DNA of 64,000 bases from Camelus ferus. Taxonomy: Eukaryota. Numbering within the stretch: position 1 is the first letter of the stretch; every line of letters starts with the position of its first letter. A program made the translations under genes and the position numbers. Positions 1 through 13,179 of the stretch are shown one piece after another. The DNA is taken from contig NC_045696.1 of NCBI RefSeq assembly GCF_009834535.1, positions 40,178,001 to 40,242,000 on the forward strand, in the 5' to 3' direction. The notes beneath the pieces were generated by a model. It saw nothing but the letters and a program-made list of their open reading frames with translations, was not told the origin of the DNA and made no database searches.

Positions 1-250
1 CAGGCAGGACTCACTGACAAGCAGGGAATTTGGACAGGGAGGAAGGAGCAACCAAACAAAGGTGGGATTTCAGGCAGTCAGGCTTTAGCCTGATCCCTAA
101 AGGGAGCTATGGAATATCAATTATGCTGCAGGGTTTATCCCAACCAGAGGGATGAGGGCTGGGGTTTCCTATTCCTGCACATACATTCACTGGCCATGGG
201 TTCAGGGGGTGGTGGGGACAGGGAACATCAATCCTGAGCACTGCCTTCTG
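1..250 (-). mobile_element. Degenerate ERVL-class LTR fragment (LTR16-like), cut by the window edge
   Basis: gcctgatccctaaagggagctatggaatatc...cattcactggccatggg resembles the reverse strand of old ERVL LTRs; recalled similarity only. Confidence 0.35.
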
Positions 251-519
251 TCTGCACATGTGGGGCTCCAGGAGGGTGTCGCGATGAGGGCTGTTACAAG
301 AAAACCCAGCACACAGAAGAGGGAAGCTCACAGACAAAGAAGAAGGGATTCCAGAGAATCCAGGCTGAATAATGATAAGACGCACTGTGAGTTTGGCTCT
401 ATGGACAACAGACTTAGAAAAACAGATTAAAAATTCAGAGTTCCATGCCAAAACTACTAAAACATAGGCAAAAAATGTCATGATCTAAGAGTGAAAGGTA
501 GGAGGAGAACAACCAGGAC

Positions 520-612
520 CTCATAAAGCTCCTTGAGGGCAAAAGCCACAACTTAGGTCTCTGTGTCACTGGGTCCTCACCCCAAGCCTGGTACATGACA
601 GCTACTCACTTT
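520..612 (+). mobile_element. L2 LINE 3' end fragment
   Basis: aagctccttgagggca...cctggtacatgacagctactca matches the typical L2 3' terminus. Confidence 0.6.
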
Positions 613-1659
613 TATAGAAAAAATGGGTGTGTAGGACTGAGCAGCACTGAGCATGCTCACCCATCTCCTTGAGTAGTAGAAGGCTGGGGTCATGTATTGA
701 GAGTCAAGATACACAACTCCCAAGGACCCACCAAGGCTAATCCATCCTGTGAAAAGAAATCTTAAAATAAAATGTCAAGGTATGTGTATATATTAGGTAG
801 GACTAGAAATGTGTACTTTTGGAGCCCAGACTATCCTTATTCAAATTCAAACATAGAATAGATATTTACCTTTCTGATATGGTTTTCAGATTCCACATAC
901 CCTCCTATAAATTCTCCCTAACCCACTCACTTGTCTCAAGATACACTCTCCAGTTCTCCTTCTTTAGTGTGGGGTTTAGGTTCAAATGTAAATCCCTATG
1001 GAAAAAAACACTTTAATTTAATTACAGTGATCAGTCATTTATACCTTAGTATGAATAAAAGCTTCCAGAACAGAATTTTTATTAAAAGGTGTTGAGGAAT
1101 GGAAGGGATCAATAAATGAAATGAAAAAAGAGCAGTGAACTTTTCTGAAGGCACATATCACCTCTTCACTGACCTGCCTTGGCCTGGCCTGGACTAAGCC
1201 AGGTGGCCGTCCCCTGTACCCACCTGTGGGCAGCAGGACCCAACTCCTCTCAAATTCAGGAGCTCAGACATCCTGTAACCCTCAACAGTTCTTCAATGAG
1301 CCCCAGGCACAGGCCTGTCTCCTCCTCAGTCTGGAGAATCACCTGAACATCACTAGATTCAGGAGAATAACTCAGCAAACCAAAATCTTAGAGAGCACAG
1401 ACCGCAGACACATGACCCAGTCACAACTCCACAAGTCCTCAGTTGTGAGTCACAGAGGGAGTATGTCACAAACCTTAGCAAGTTATGTAACAATCTGGAA
1501 CCTGAGAGTCATGGGATCAGGGTGTGCCACCAATTAGCTGTGTAACTTTAAGGCTTTGGTTTCCATAAATGTTGAGAAAAAAAAAAAGGAGAGGCAAGAG
1601 ATATTGAGATATTGCATAATCAAAAAATTAAAAATACATTTAAAATTATGTTAAAAAAT

Positions 1660-1832
1660 TTTTTTCATTTTAGGACTCCTAAGGGATTATAATGTTTTAA
1701 GTTGCACTGTGTATCTCTAGGAGGCAAAATAGAGTTCCATGTTTCCCAGATATAATTTATCTTGGAACCCTATTTTCAAATACCATTTCTAAGAACCAGT
1801 ATTCCACCGGATGCAATTTGGGAACTGCTAGA
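1660..1832. mobile_element. Probable hAT-Charlie DNA transposon remnant
   Basis: Terminal-like motif tttgggaactgct and a MER-like body; weak. Confidence 0.3.
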
Positions 1833-2170
1833 CTAAAAGATTCCCAAAGCCCTTTAAAGCAGTAACATTCTGCAATTTTACCCCATGAGTCTTTTCCTCT
1901 TTCCTCTAATCGTAGTAAGGACCTCCACTTAAGATTCTCAATATCCAAACTCTGCAAATTCCACAATACCAATTTTTTGCAACAGTGGTAATTATAACAA
2001 TATGACAATAACTCATAATTATAATGTAACTGTTATTATAACACGGGGGAGGACTTAGGGGAGATGGAGCATATCCTCCTGTCATCACGCTTGCTTTCAG
2101 GAAACTCCGAGAGTACGGGTAACTGACAGTCTCCACTAGAAAATCTCTGAACATTCTGACCTTCGAGCTT

Positions 2171-2202
2171 GTTTTTCTTTCTTTCTTTCTTTCTTTTTTT
2201 TT
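2171..2202. repeat. (TTTC)n / poly-T microsatellite
   Basis: Read directly. Confidence 0.9.
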
Positions 2203-4086
2203 AAGAAAGCTTAACGACACACAAAATAAACCCCCAGATGCCAGCACCACTTTGTTTAAGAAAATGACAAAATCCTTTGTTGTGCGTTAACAGTGTTGTA
2301 ACTAATTAAGGGGGAAATTAGCTGCCAGGTTCCATGAAAAGACAAGGCTCAATTCCACTGACTTCATCTTTGCATCCATGAGAAGCAAGCTGATGGTCTG
2401 CTGCCTGTGTGGTGTTCAGCTCAGCCTCTGCCGACTGGGACTCATTAGCTAAGGGTTACAAATATGTAACCAATGCTTTTTCCAGATATTCCACCACAAA
2501 GTAAGTACCACAGTGTCCATCGCCTGCCTTGAGGGCCTGGGTCTGAGCCACTCAAGATGCTCCCTGAAGCTCGGCCTGCAGCACAGGATTTTCATTAGAT
2601 TAGAGTTCCTTACATCCAAGCACATGCTGCTGTGGTATAAATGCTGCTCCTTTCTTCATGAGGAAGTGGGAAAGGGGACAAACACGCTAAATAAATAGCT
2701 ACTTTTTAACTTTCATTTTCACTTTTTGGCTTTTTTAATGTTTAATAAACAACTGCATGTTCTACTTTCATTTTTCCTTAGGCTTGGGGAATTGAATAAA
2801 GCTTGCAAAAGCTTGTTTTCTTAATGGGAGTTTGTCCTGTTCTGTGATTCGGGAGGCTTATTCACAGGCAGCATTAATCGGAAGAGCCCTAGAACTGCTG
2901 ACGCCCTGTGGGGCCCAGGAGAAAGAGATGTCCACGCAGACATTAGAGGCCGAACGATCACAGAAAGTTGCATATAACTCAAGAGCATGGTCTAAGTTTC
3001 ACTGCTCTGGAACAAGGCGACCTACTGGCAAGCTCAAAGACAGGCGGGCAAGGGAGCCTCCTCTATAGTCTCACTTTGCCCTTAGAGACTTTCCTTTTAA
3101 GTCAGAGAGCAGTAGCCACTTTGCTGTCTAGACTGCTGCTTTTAAAATCTCTAAGTGTTCCTGGCCTCCCATTATCCCATCAGATTAAACTGGCCCCTTG
3201 AAAGAACTCAGAGAATGAGATCTGTCTAGGGAACATGATAGTGGGGAGTGGGAGGGGGCCTTGCCTGTACCTGAGTGATAGAGAATGGCAGGGACCATCC
3301 ACCAGGGCTGCTCGCAGGACAGTCACATTCCACTGGCCCTGACTAACCCACCAGAGCGGGAAAGGAGTAGAAAAGCAAGCGTGTCAAGGAAGAATTCCAA
3401 AAGAGAGCTCGAAAGAGTTTACTGTCAGCCAACTTCACCAACTGCTCATAAGAGAACCCCAAGGAAAATCAGATTCCCTTCCAGCAAGCCCTACCCAGGG
3501 CCCCCATATACACTCCAATGAGAATTTGCCAGTCAAACAGGAAGCTATCCACACTCTCAACAGAAGATAAACCAAGAAAACAGTGAACCTCAATCACTTT
3601 AACTGTTTAGCTCTTCCATGTACCCTGCAGACAAAATACATGTTTCTTCCTCAGCAACCAGAGGTCCAATTCAGCTTTAGCCTTGGCCAATTCAGCTCAA
3701 GGAGAAATTCAAGCCCAGGGATAGTGACTTATTCAGTCCCCCTCAAAAGAGAGGAAGGACAATATAAACAGGATTAACCTCCTATATTTGGCTGTTAAGA
3801 GAGGTGAAAATTAAAAACAACAATACATGTGTGGGAGACATTGCAAGGAAATGAATCAACAAGGCAAATCCACTTGAGGACCCAGAAGCTTCTTCTAGCA
3901 AACTCGTGGAGAGGAAAGGAAATAAATAACGGAGTTGAGTAGCCTTGTTTTTCTCCTGCTGAGACTACCTTCTCAAATATCACCCACTCATCCTCTGTAG
4001 TGACAACTCCAAACCTTGGTGGTTCTGTAGTTTTGCCACAAACTTAATTTTTTGAGAGCCAAGAGCAGACAAAAACCTAACTGCAC

Positions 4087-4126
4087 CTTTTCTTTTCTCT
4101 TCTTTTCTCTTCTTTTCTTTTCTTTT
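4087..4126. repeat. CT-rich simple repeat (cttttctctt)n
   Basis: Read directly. Confidence 0.85.
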
Positions 4127-4985
4127 GAGAGAGCTTTGAATTCCTTTCACAGAAATTTTCTAAGGACAAAGTAAAGTAGGCTTGAAGATATAGGTGTTTT
4201 AAGAAAATCAGACTTGTCTACATCCAGGATATTTAGCCCAAACTGCAGTTACATTTCAACAAATACCTACGTAAAATAAAATAAATCAAGAATCTTGAAC
4301 TACTGGGACCAACAAAAACCTTAAAGGAACCCAAATGCATGACCTTAGGGGAAAAGCAAAGAGCTACTTAAATAAGCCTCATTTTAATGAACTGCAGCAT
4401 AGCTGATTGTTGATGCACCCTCAGAACTGCATATTTATACTCCTGTCTGCTAGCAGAATAGGTGGCTGGGCTTTTGTTTTGCTTTATCCAAGTGGAATGC
4501 ATTTCTCTAGGAGCACAGTGTATCTCAGACCTGCGTCTGGATAGAACCCAAGGAATGTGAGATCAGAGAGAGCCTGAAGTTACCAGATAATGGCCAACAG
4601 GCAATGAAGCTTTCGATTCTGTAAAATAAAGAACTGGACTAGATGAACTCTTAGGAGTTTTCCAGGTTGAACATTCTATGATTCCACCCCACATTCCATA
4701 TTCATTGACAAACAAGGAAAATCTGATCTGGACTGGTGGTTTTTGAAATCTCACGATTCCATAAAGTACCAGGAAAATGTGGTCATTCCAGACATATTTA
4801 ATTTGTGTGTACTTCATTCATCATTGCTGAGCCCTTCCCGAACATTCAACTGGAACTAGGGTTCAAGGACATTTGGAAAAAGACCACAGAAAGTTTCTGG
4901 CTATTGGGTTTGTGTTATATTAAGGGATATACTAAGGGAAAGACTACGTAAAGATTCTGAGCCATTTTTAACAGGTGACTCTTAC

Positions 4986-5003
4986 CCTGAGGGTTGTAAG
5001 CAT
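4986..5003 (-). CDS. Candidate 18-nt microexon, (D)AYNPQ(G) if phase 1-1
   Basis: Minus strand gttttcatgtatag|ATGCTTACAACCCTCAGG|gtaaga; good donor, mediocre acceptor, length divisible by 3. Confidence 0.25.
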
Positions 5004-5196
5004 CTATACATGAAAACTCCAAGGAGAGTGAAGTCCTTGAGGGAAGAGCTTGGAAAGAGTTCAGAATGGTCGGTTTGCTTTTTCCAGCTATTATTAGTGA
5101 TATTTTTGGTTGAGGCTTGCCATGTTAGGAAAATAAAAAAGGCTTTGTTTTCAAAAAATGAAATATATTTGAATAACAAGAAAAAGTTATACACCC

Positions 5197-6170
5197 ACTT
5201 TTTTAAGGCTTAATTTAAATCCAGAAAATTTCCCTTTCACATATATAATTCCGTAATTTGACAAACACAGATGATCATGTGTAACTACCTACCACTATTA
5301 TCAAGTTACAGAACAGTTCTATCAAACCAGAAGAATTCTCCCTCACCTCTCTGGAGTCAATCCCTCCCTCCTTGTCCAGCCAATGATAACCACCTATCTA
5401 TTCTGTCCTTACGGTTTTGCCTTTGAAAGAATGTCATATCCATAGAATTATACAGTCATCAGCCTTATAAGCCTTGTTTCTTTCACTAGCACAATACATT
5501 TAAGATTCATCAACCTTGTTACATGTATCAATCGTGTGTTCTTTTTCATTGATGTGTAGTTTTCCATCACCTTGTTAGACCATAGGTGAGAGCCATTTGG
5601 GTTGTTTTCAGTTACTGGCAATTACAAATAAAGCCACTATAAACATTCCCATTCAGGTTTTTGGGTGATGTAGGTTTTAATACCTTGAGAATAAGTACTT
5701 ATGGAATGAGATTGCTAGGTTTGTATACTAAGTGTATGTTTAACATTATAAGAAACTGCTGAACTGATTTCAAAAGTGGCTGAACCACTTAGCATTTCCA
5801 TTGGCTTTGTACTAGAGTTCAAGTTTCTCTATATCCTTGCCCACACTTGGTATCATCAGTTTTTGTTTATATGTTTGTTTAAGCATTTCTAATTAATGTT
5901 CAGTGATATCTTACATGGTTTTAATTTGCATGTCCCAAATGACTAATTATGTTGAGCATGATTTCATGTGCTTATTTACCACCCATGTATTTCATTGGTA
6001 AAGTGACAGTTCAGATCTTTTGCCTATTTTTAATTGGGTTATTTTCCTATTATTGCCTTTTCAGTGTTCCTTTATATTCTGGGTATAAGCCCTTTATCAG
6101 ATATGCGATTTGAAAATATTTTCCCCTAGATTGTCTTTTCATTCTCCTAACAGTGAATTTGTAAGAGTTA
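5197..6170 (-). mobile_element. Old L1 (L1MB/L1MC-type) 3' portion
   Basis: Antisense L1 hallmarks, e.g. gccatttgggttgttttcagttactggcaattacaaataaagc and ttttaatttgcatgtcccaaatgactaattatgttgagcat. Confidence 0.85.
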
Positions 6171-6619
6171 CAGGCGTACATTTGAAGCCCACAATTTAGG
6201 GTTGAAAGATAATGGAGCGATGATAAAGATTCACACCTCTTATATGATCTCCATCTTCTCTTAGAATGATTATCATGCTGCAGACACTAGCAAGAGGGGA
6301 CTGAAACTTTCGATGTTTTAATAACTTTTAATAGGATATTCTGTTCTCTAAAAAGGAGCCTATAATTCTGTTAGAGGGGATATCATCCCCTGTGGCTAAG
6401 AAAAATGCAAGTATGAGGTGTACCTGTGAAGTAATGAAAGACTAGAAGAGGAGGTAGAAGATTGCAGACCCATGAAACATCTTAGTTTGAAAAAGAGAAG
6501 GAGATGGAATAGCACGTATCAAAGGACAGTGAACACACACCAATGTCAACAGGACTCCAGCATAGAGCAATATTGTGAGGACACGGACAGTTAATAGTTT
6601 CTACTGGGAGTTAACTTGA

Positions 6620-7740
6620 GTGCGTTAATAGATCACATCAGATTAACCCACTTTCCCTACTTTGGCAGGCAAAAAAAAATGTAGATACAAAACATGCAAT
6701 ATCTGCATTTTACGAAGTATTCTTTCAATAGCCTGGTTGATAATATGGGGAAATGGGGATGAGATGATCATTCAGTTAATTGCATTTGTAATTTTTGAAG
6801 AGACACATGCAATGGGTTCATGTAAAGTTAGAGAGAGCTGGCCTTGATTCTCTCGTATCACATAATTTTATCAATGATTCATATAAAAATACGGGAGGTA
6901 GGCATTCTGAATTTGTAGAAAGATGGAAATGATAATAAATTCATACGTGATTATGTTTAATTTAGGGCCCAGTAAAAAGTAAAATCATCTTTACAAGTCA
7001 GGCTGAATATAATAAGAGGAGTTTTAAAGGAGATACATTTAAAGTTCTGCACTGAGGCCCAGAAAACAGTTTGAGTTCTGAGTAGTGAAGGGCTCAATAT
7101 GAAGAGGTAAGGACATGACTTATGGCTTAAGTCAACAGTAAGCCTCCTATGAGTCAACAATGAAGTATGATGCCCTCAATTCCTAATATGCAATCTTGGG
7201 ATTTACTGATTGAAGTTTATCATGTTAGAATGAGGAAGGATGGTACTTGTTTTGGGCACATCTGGAGTTTGTGTCCAATTTGGGACACTATCCTCCAGAG
7301 AGACTACAAACTGAAGCATGTTTCTAAGAGCAGTAGTCATCCAGATAATGTCAGCAATGACCATAAAAATGGGAGAGGGTGGACTTGTGAGGGAAAAAGT
7401 AAAGACTCTAGGGGCCAACAGTTGCTGACATAAAATAGTGAAAGGTTTACAAGTGATTGACTTGCTGAAAATAACTCCAAAGGGGTTATAACTCTAAGAC
7501 AATTCCAGAACCAAGACCAAGGGGAGAAAAGTTCTGGGAGGAGAAAATTTCTGAATAGCTGCTCAAATATGGAATGGATTGCTTTGAAAACTAGTAATTT
7601 TTCTTTTTTAAAAGGAGACATTCAAGAATAAGCCAGATTATCTCCAGGAGAGGATATTATAAAGGAGATTTAAAAATGCAATGAGTAGATGAATAAAATA
7701 ACTATGAAGGTCTTATCCAACCTAATGAGTCTGTGTGTCA
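6620..7740 (+). mobile_element. CR1/L3 LINE fossil, RT region to 3' end
   Basis: tatgagtcaacaatg...gcaatcttggga...cacatctggagtttgtgtccaatttggg...acaaactgaagcatgt, and the 3' motif aggtcttatccaacctaatgagtctgtg. Confidence 0.7.
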
Positions 7741-8923
7741 ACAATCATATGATTCTTGTCTGAACTCTCACTTTTCAGAAACTTGGGGGAAGAAAAATGA
7801 AAATTAACAAATATGTGGAGGAAAATGGGACTCAGAGCTACAAAAGAATATTTGGAATCAATCTGGAAATGTTTCCAAGAAGTTGTATTTGGACAGTTTG
7901 GTTGTTTTTGAATTTTGTGTCAAACTGAAAATTAGATTTTAAGATTTTATGAGTTGCAGAGATATTGCATTTTTTACATGATTTCTTCTACTTGACATTC
8001 AAAAGAAATCATAAGCAACTGAAATGAAATTCATCAATAAATACAATGTTAAATAGGCAAGAATTTTTCACTAACTATAGTGGGAGCTGTTTAAAGTTTT
8101 GGTGAAACTAAAAAAAAGAAAAAAAATATGCGGAAAGAAAAAAAATCTTGTACTTCATAGCTGGGCTCAATATAGATCAACATAGTAATTAATTCCCCAG
8201 AATAATCAGGGGAATTTAGGTGAATGAGAATTATCTTAAATGGAGTAACAGGTTGCATACAATAGAACACAATAAACTGAAATAACAAAGAAAAATGTAT
8301 AGGGATATACTGAGCAACAGCAAAAAACATGCATGGTAGGGAAACTGAAAATCACTGAAATCTTGTTGGTATGATTAATCACAAGCCTTCTCTAAAAAAT
8401 GATCTACACTAAGTTTTGACAGGAAATCACCCTGGAATCAGTTTACTCTGGGTTCAGAGTTCAACCAGTTAAATGGCTAAAAACAATCAATTCAGAAGCT
8501 GAAAAGTTCATGTGTTCTGGAGGTGGAAAATGACAGTGCCAGACACAAAGAAAATAATGAATTGAATTAAAATTTTCCAGTTTTCTATGATTCTTGGCAA
8601 CACAACCAAACACCATTTAGTATAACATCTTGTGTTATGTATAACACACACACTTATACATACACAAACATATTATATATGTGTATATTTATATATACAA
8701 AAAACTTTTTTTCCTGTTATTCCTTTTTCCTTTACCCTCATCACTCACGTCTACATTGGGAATAAAAATGTAGAATTTTTACATGTATCTATAGGTCTCA
8801 AGTAGTAAGAAACTCTCATTCATGAGCTTTTAAAGTATAAATAATACCATGACTAGGATTTTGTAGTCATACAGGCTCTGTCTTTATAGCTCATGTGAAA
8901 ATCCTAAAATTCCTTTCCAGGAA

Positions 8924-8947
8924 TTTTTTTTTTTTTTTTTTTTTTTT
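8924..8947. repeat. Poly-T tract
   Basis: Read directly. Confidence 0.9.
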
Positions 8948-9145
8948 GGTTGTAATCAAGAGTTAGTCTGACACCCAAGCAAAAGAGGTGTCTGTGACAG
9001 TGGCATTTCTTTGACAATATATATATCTCTCTACCATCAAAGTGTCTTCATATTAGAAATGTTATCTTTCTTTATGGTTAAGCATAGTATTCCTCCTATA
9101 AATTTCTTTAACAACCAGAGTTCCGAGAGAAGAGGAAACTATTAA

Positions 9146-9475
9146 GAACTTATTTACAAAATAGAAACAGACTCACAAACATAGAGAACAAACTTGTGGT
9201 CACCAGTGGGGGAAGGGGGTGGGAAGGGATAAATTGCAAGTTTAAGATTTGCAGATACTAACCACTATATATAAAATAGATAAACAACAAGTTCATAATG
9301 TATAGCACAGGGAACTATATTCAATATCTTGTGTCACTTATGGTTAAAAAGAATATGAAAAATAATATGCATATGTTCCTGTATGACTGAAGTATTTTGC
9401 TGTACACCAGAAACTGACACAACATTGTAAACGGACTATACCTCAATAAAAATATTTTTAAAAAAATAAAAATAA
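9146..9475 (+). mobile_element. Young camelid-type L1, 3' UTR only
   Basis: aatagaaacagactcac...gtatagcacagggaactatattcaatatc...acaacattgtaaacggactatacctcaataaa plus an A-rich tail; same family as 16040-16810 and 63430-63765. Confidence 0.9.
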
Positions 9476-9984
9476 AGACCAAGTTTCTATCAAAAAAAGT
9501 TTTTAAAACTGATTGCCAATGAATTTGTCTACATCTTTCCTACTCAGCAAGGAGACAGAAGAATGGAGGAACCCCAGATACACATCCCCATGGTCAAGGG
9601 GAAGAGGTAAAGGGGTCAGGAAGGAAAGGGTATGAGAAGGTGAACTCCACAGAACACATCTCTGACAAACCCCATTTCTCTGCTCACCTTTGCTTCAGTA
9701 GACCCTGGTTTTCATAATGACAGTTCCCAAGTCATCTAGCACAATGCAACTTGTTGGAGATGATTTTACCTTAGCAATGATCAAAATATGTTTTTTCAAT
9801 ACCATTAAAAAAAAAAAAAAAGACTGGATCTCCTCATTTCAGGTTGTCTTCAGGAGAATACTAAAGAAACTCCTCCTGTTGATCAATTCATTTGTTTTTT
9901 AAGAAAATTAGGAAAACTGCATATTCATTAAAGCCCCTGCGCTATTATAGATGAGACTCCATGTGGCTTTGTAGAAGAAATTCT

Positions 9985-10295
9985 CACAAATACCACCTCC
10001 TACATGAAGCCTTCTCTGATTTCACAAACTTGTTCCCTCTTCATCACATCTTCATGCTCTTCTAGGGCTCTGTAAGCCCTTCTCTTAGCACTTCCTTCAT
10101 TCAAATGAATCATTCAAATTCATCAGTCCAGGTAGAGAGCAAACTGTTATGTTCCCAGCATCTATGCTAGTACTTGGCACAAGGATGGCACTTGATGACA
10201 CTCTGACACAAGAATGATTAAATATGAAAATACTTGTTACAATATAAGTGCATGCTCCTTGCCTATCTCCTTAGACTATGAGCTCCTTGGCAAAT
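9985..10295 (+). mobile_element. L2 fragments
   Basis: cacctcctacatgaagccttctctga; ttagactatgagctcctt. Confidence 0.5.
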
Positions 10296-11061
10296 ACATT
10301 TAATTATAGGACAGGGCTGCCCAGCAGTGATGCTTTCTTCCAAGTATCTCCTTTTGGATTATCTGAAGTTATTTTTCCCTCATAACTCAGAAAATTTTAA
10401 ATCTGTTACCTAACCCTTAATAATTAGTAGGTGGTGATCCTGTACCACTAGAAAGATAGATTAGATGACTTACTTGGAATTTTTCTTCTTCACAGAACGA
10501 TTAACAAGTAAATATTACACTAACTGGCAATTCAGACTGCAGTTATAATGTCTTCTTTGTCATCACTGCCTTAACTTCATTCTTGTGAAAATATCAATGT
10601 GTTTGGGGAGGTCTCAGGGAAATGAACCAAATCTATTTAGCCAGAACAACTCAATCCTCCTTTCTTTTGAGTCCACGAGCTTTTGGTCTGTGGACCAATG
10701 TAGAAACCATTTCCCTCCTGCAAAGGAGCCTGGCTCTGCCAAGCCAAACAGCAGGCACAAAACCAAGTGGAGTGGGTGCCCTGGCTCTGCCTCCAGGCCC
10801 TACCTTTGACTGGCAACAGGCGTTTTCTCCCTCCTCCCTATGTCTTCCACAGGATGTTCACTGACCTCCTGTGGAAGTTCCAAATTCTCTTACAACTGCT
10901 CATGGAGGCCAGTTGGGTTTCTCTTGAACAGTTTAAATTTCTCAACCCTACCACCTAGTCATGAATAAATTCAGAGGTTATGAAAGTTCTGAAATCAATG
11001 GCTTCTCTTTTATAAAAAGAGGCTATCTTACTATGCAATCACTGACCAAAATAGCATATAC

Positions 11062-11158
11062 TTTTTTTTTTTACTTAAAATAATTTAATTATTTGAAGTA
11101 CCATCAGTTACAATGGGTCAATTTCAGGTGTACAGCATGTTTCAGTCATACATATAGT
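11062..11158 (-). mobile_element. Short 3'-terminal fragment of the young L1 family
   Basis: T-rich tail followed by ttgaagta...aatttcaggtgtacagcatgtttcagtcatacatata. Confidence 0.7.
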
Positions 11159-11728
11159 TTAAGTGCGAGTGAACGTCAGTGTTCAATTTGGGATAGTACT
11201 GGATTTAAGTACTTGTAGTAGGGCCGAAATACATATGCAATAACCCAGATACACACTACACCTTTTACTATTATCTGTAACTTATCTTTCTCTAGAACTC
11301 TGATTAAGGTAGGGGACAAAAAAAGCCCTTTTTCTCCAAGTTAAAATTATTTCCTTTGTGTTAATTCAGTCAGTTGTAAGTTTCTCACTTTTATAGGGAT
11401 TCTCCCCAACTCTGCTTCACCTTCCAAAACTGGCACCTAGGTGCAGGGGAGGCTTACATACCCTTTACTGCTATTTTCTTCCCTTTCTAGTACACAGTGG
11501 TTGATCTGGTCTTGTCCCTAGGAATCCTTCTATGGTAACTGCTGAGATGAAACTGGGCTCTGGCATGGCAATACTTTAACTTCTGCTGATTCCCTGTCCT
11601 GATTTAGTGCTTAGGTGTCTCCTCCCCAAGGCATACAGAAATATTTAGATCCTCTAAAGGCCACATCCAGCCTATAGGTTACCAGCACATCAGGTCTAGT
11701 CTATTTGCCTTGACAGGCAGTTACTTAC

Positions 11729-11802
11729 CTGGTTGGCACCGTAATGATCCAACAAATACAGGAAGAAAAATTCTATAAGGGGTTGGCTTCGACACTCTTT
11801 GT
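11729..11802 (-). CDS. Candidate 74-nt internal exon of an unidentified gene
   Basis: Minus strand ttgctccttgcttttcag|ACAAAG...AACCAG|gtaagt; strong acceptor, perfect donor, open in 2 of 3 frames, not in a repeat I recognise. Confidence 0.45.
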
Positions 11803-12734
11803 CTGAAAAGCAAGGAGCAAGCGCCCCCTACACCAGGAATTGCCCAAAATTATGTAGGTATTCCTGCTTCTTACTTCTACTTCTTGGGGTTTTCTCCAAG
11901 AGAGGAAAACTAGTACAAATATCTGACTTCTGGTTTCTCTTCCTCCTAACTTACCGTCTCCATGGGAAAACAAAACAAACCACAAAACAAAACACCTAAG
12001 TACCCTGATGGGAAATTTCCTTAAAACAGAATCCAACATTTCTTTACATGACTTATAATAACACTCTGTGAAGCAAGTGGGCCAGGCTTGGGTTTTGATA
12101 TTTATAATGAAGGAGAATTAGAAATTTAATAAATCCTCTTCCTTCTCAAGAAAACTAAATTTCAAAACCATTATATAACTATGGACTCAAAATGTCATTT
12201 TTGAGACTCATTCCTGGGGCAAAAAACTTTACAGCTTAGCCTTAATAACAGGAAGCCTTCAGGAAAAGATGATTTAAAAAAAAATGAAAAACACAACTGT
12301 TACATATGTTTTAAATATTGATGTACTTTAGATGTCCTCCTGATAATATGAGAAACAACAGAAATATTATACTAAACCACACCTTCATTTTCTACAATGT
12401 GGTCTATTCCAGACAGTTGATAAGGAGACAAAGAAAGGCATGACAAACTCCAAATAAGTATCATTTCTCTAAAATCATTTGTATGTGATGTTTTAAAGTA
12501 AAACTTGCAGTTTAAAAAAACAAACCCAACCAACACGTGTAGAGCATGCCATGTGTCATGCACTGGAGATCAAGAAATGAATAAAGATCAGTCATATCAT
12601 TGTCATTTTCTTGCTTGTTCCCTGATATTATTCTTACTCCTTTTTAAAGGAGTCTCTCTGTCTTATACACACATACCCATAAAGAGCTTATATCTATATT
12701 CTATAGATAAGGCAAGGCAATGATAGTACTTTGC

Positions 12735-12905
12735 TGATTTTTAATTCTTATGACAAACTCTATGACAAGAAGAGAAAGTGTAAGCTCATACACAGATCAT
12801 AAAATTGAGATTCAGTAAGTTTAGGTAACCTGTGCAAAGTCACTCATTAAGAAGTAATAACTTGAGATTTAAATCTAACTCCTTTGACACTAAGTAGGCT
12901 ACTTC
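12735..12905 (-). mobile_element. MIR SINE
   Basis: gagattcagtaagtttaggtaacctgtgcaaagtcac is the reverse MIR core. Confidence 0.65.
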
Positions 12906-13179
12906 TTCCATGCACCATTTACATCTCTTTGTTACCAGAATCTCTCCAAGGAATGGTCTAATTTCCCCTCAAGGGCCCCAGGAACATGTAGTTCAGAAGC
13001 CTGCATATGCAAGCCTAAAGGAACAAAGCCAGACACCCTATGTTAGTATATTCTGCATACTGCTGCCTACCAAGCTTGATAATTGTTCCCTAGTATCCTT
13101 TTCTATACTAACAAAACTGTTTTAGGTAAGCACCTGCCCTCCCCATCCCCCTTTCCTGCAGCAGACACATCAAAGTCAA

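Noticed and set aside
1446..1491. AP-1 (TGAGTCA) and D-box (GTTATGTAAC) motifs
   Set aside because: Motif presence alone cannot support an enhancer call
1906..2250. 114-aa minus-strand ORF (MFRDFLVETVSYPY...)
   Set aside because: Runs through a microsatellite into AT-rich sequence, with no donor and no recognised homology
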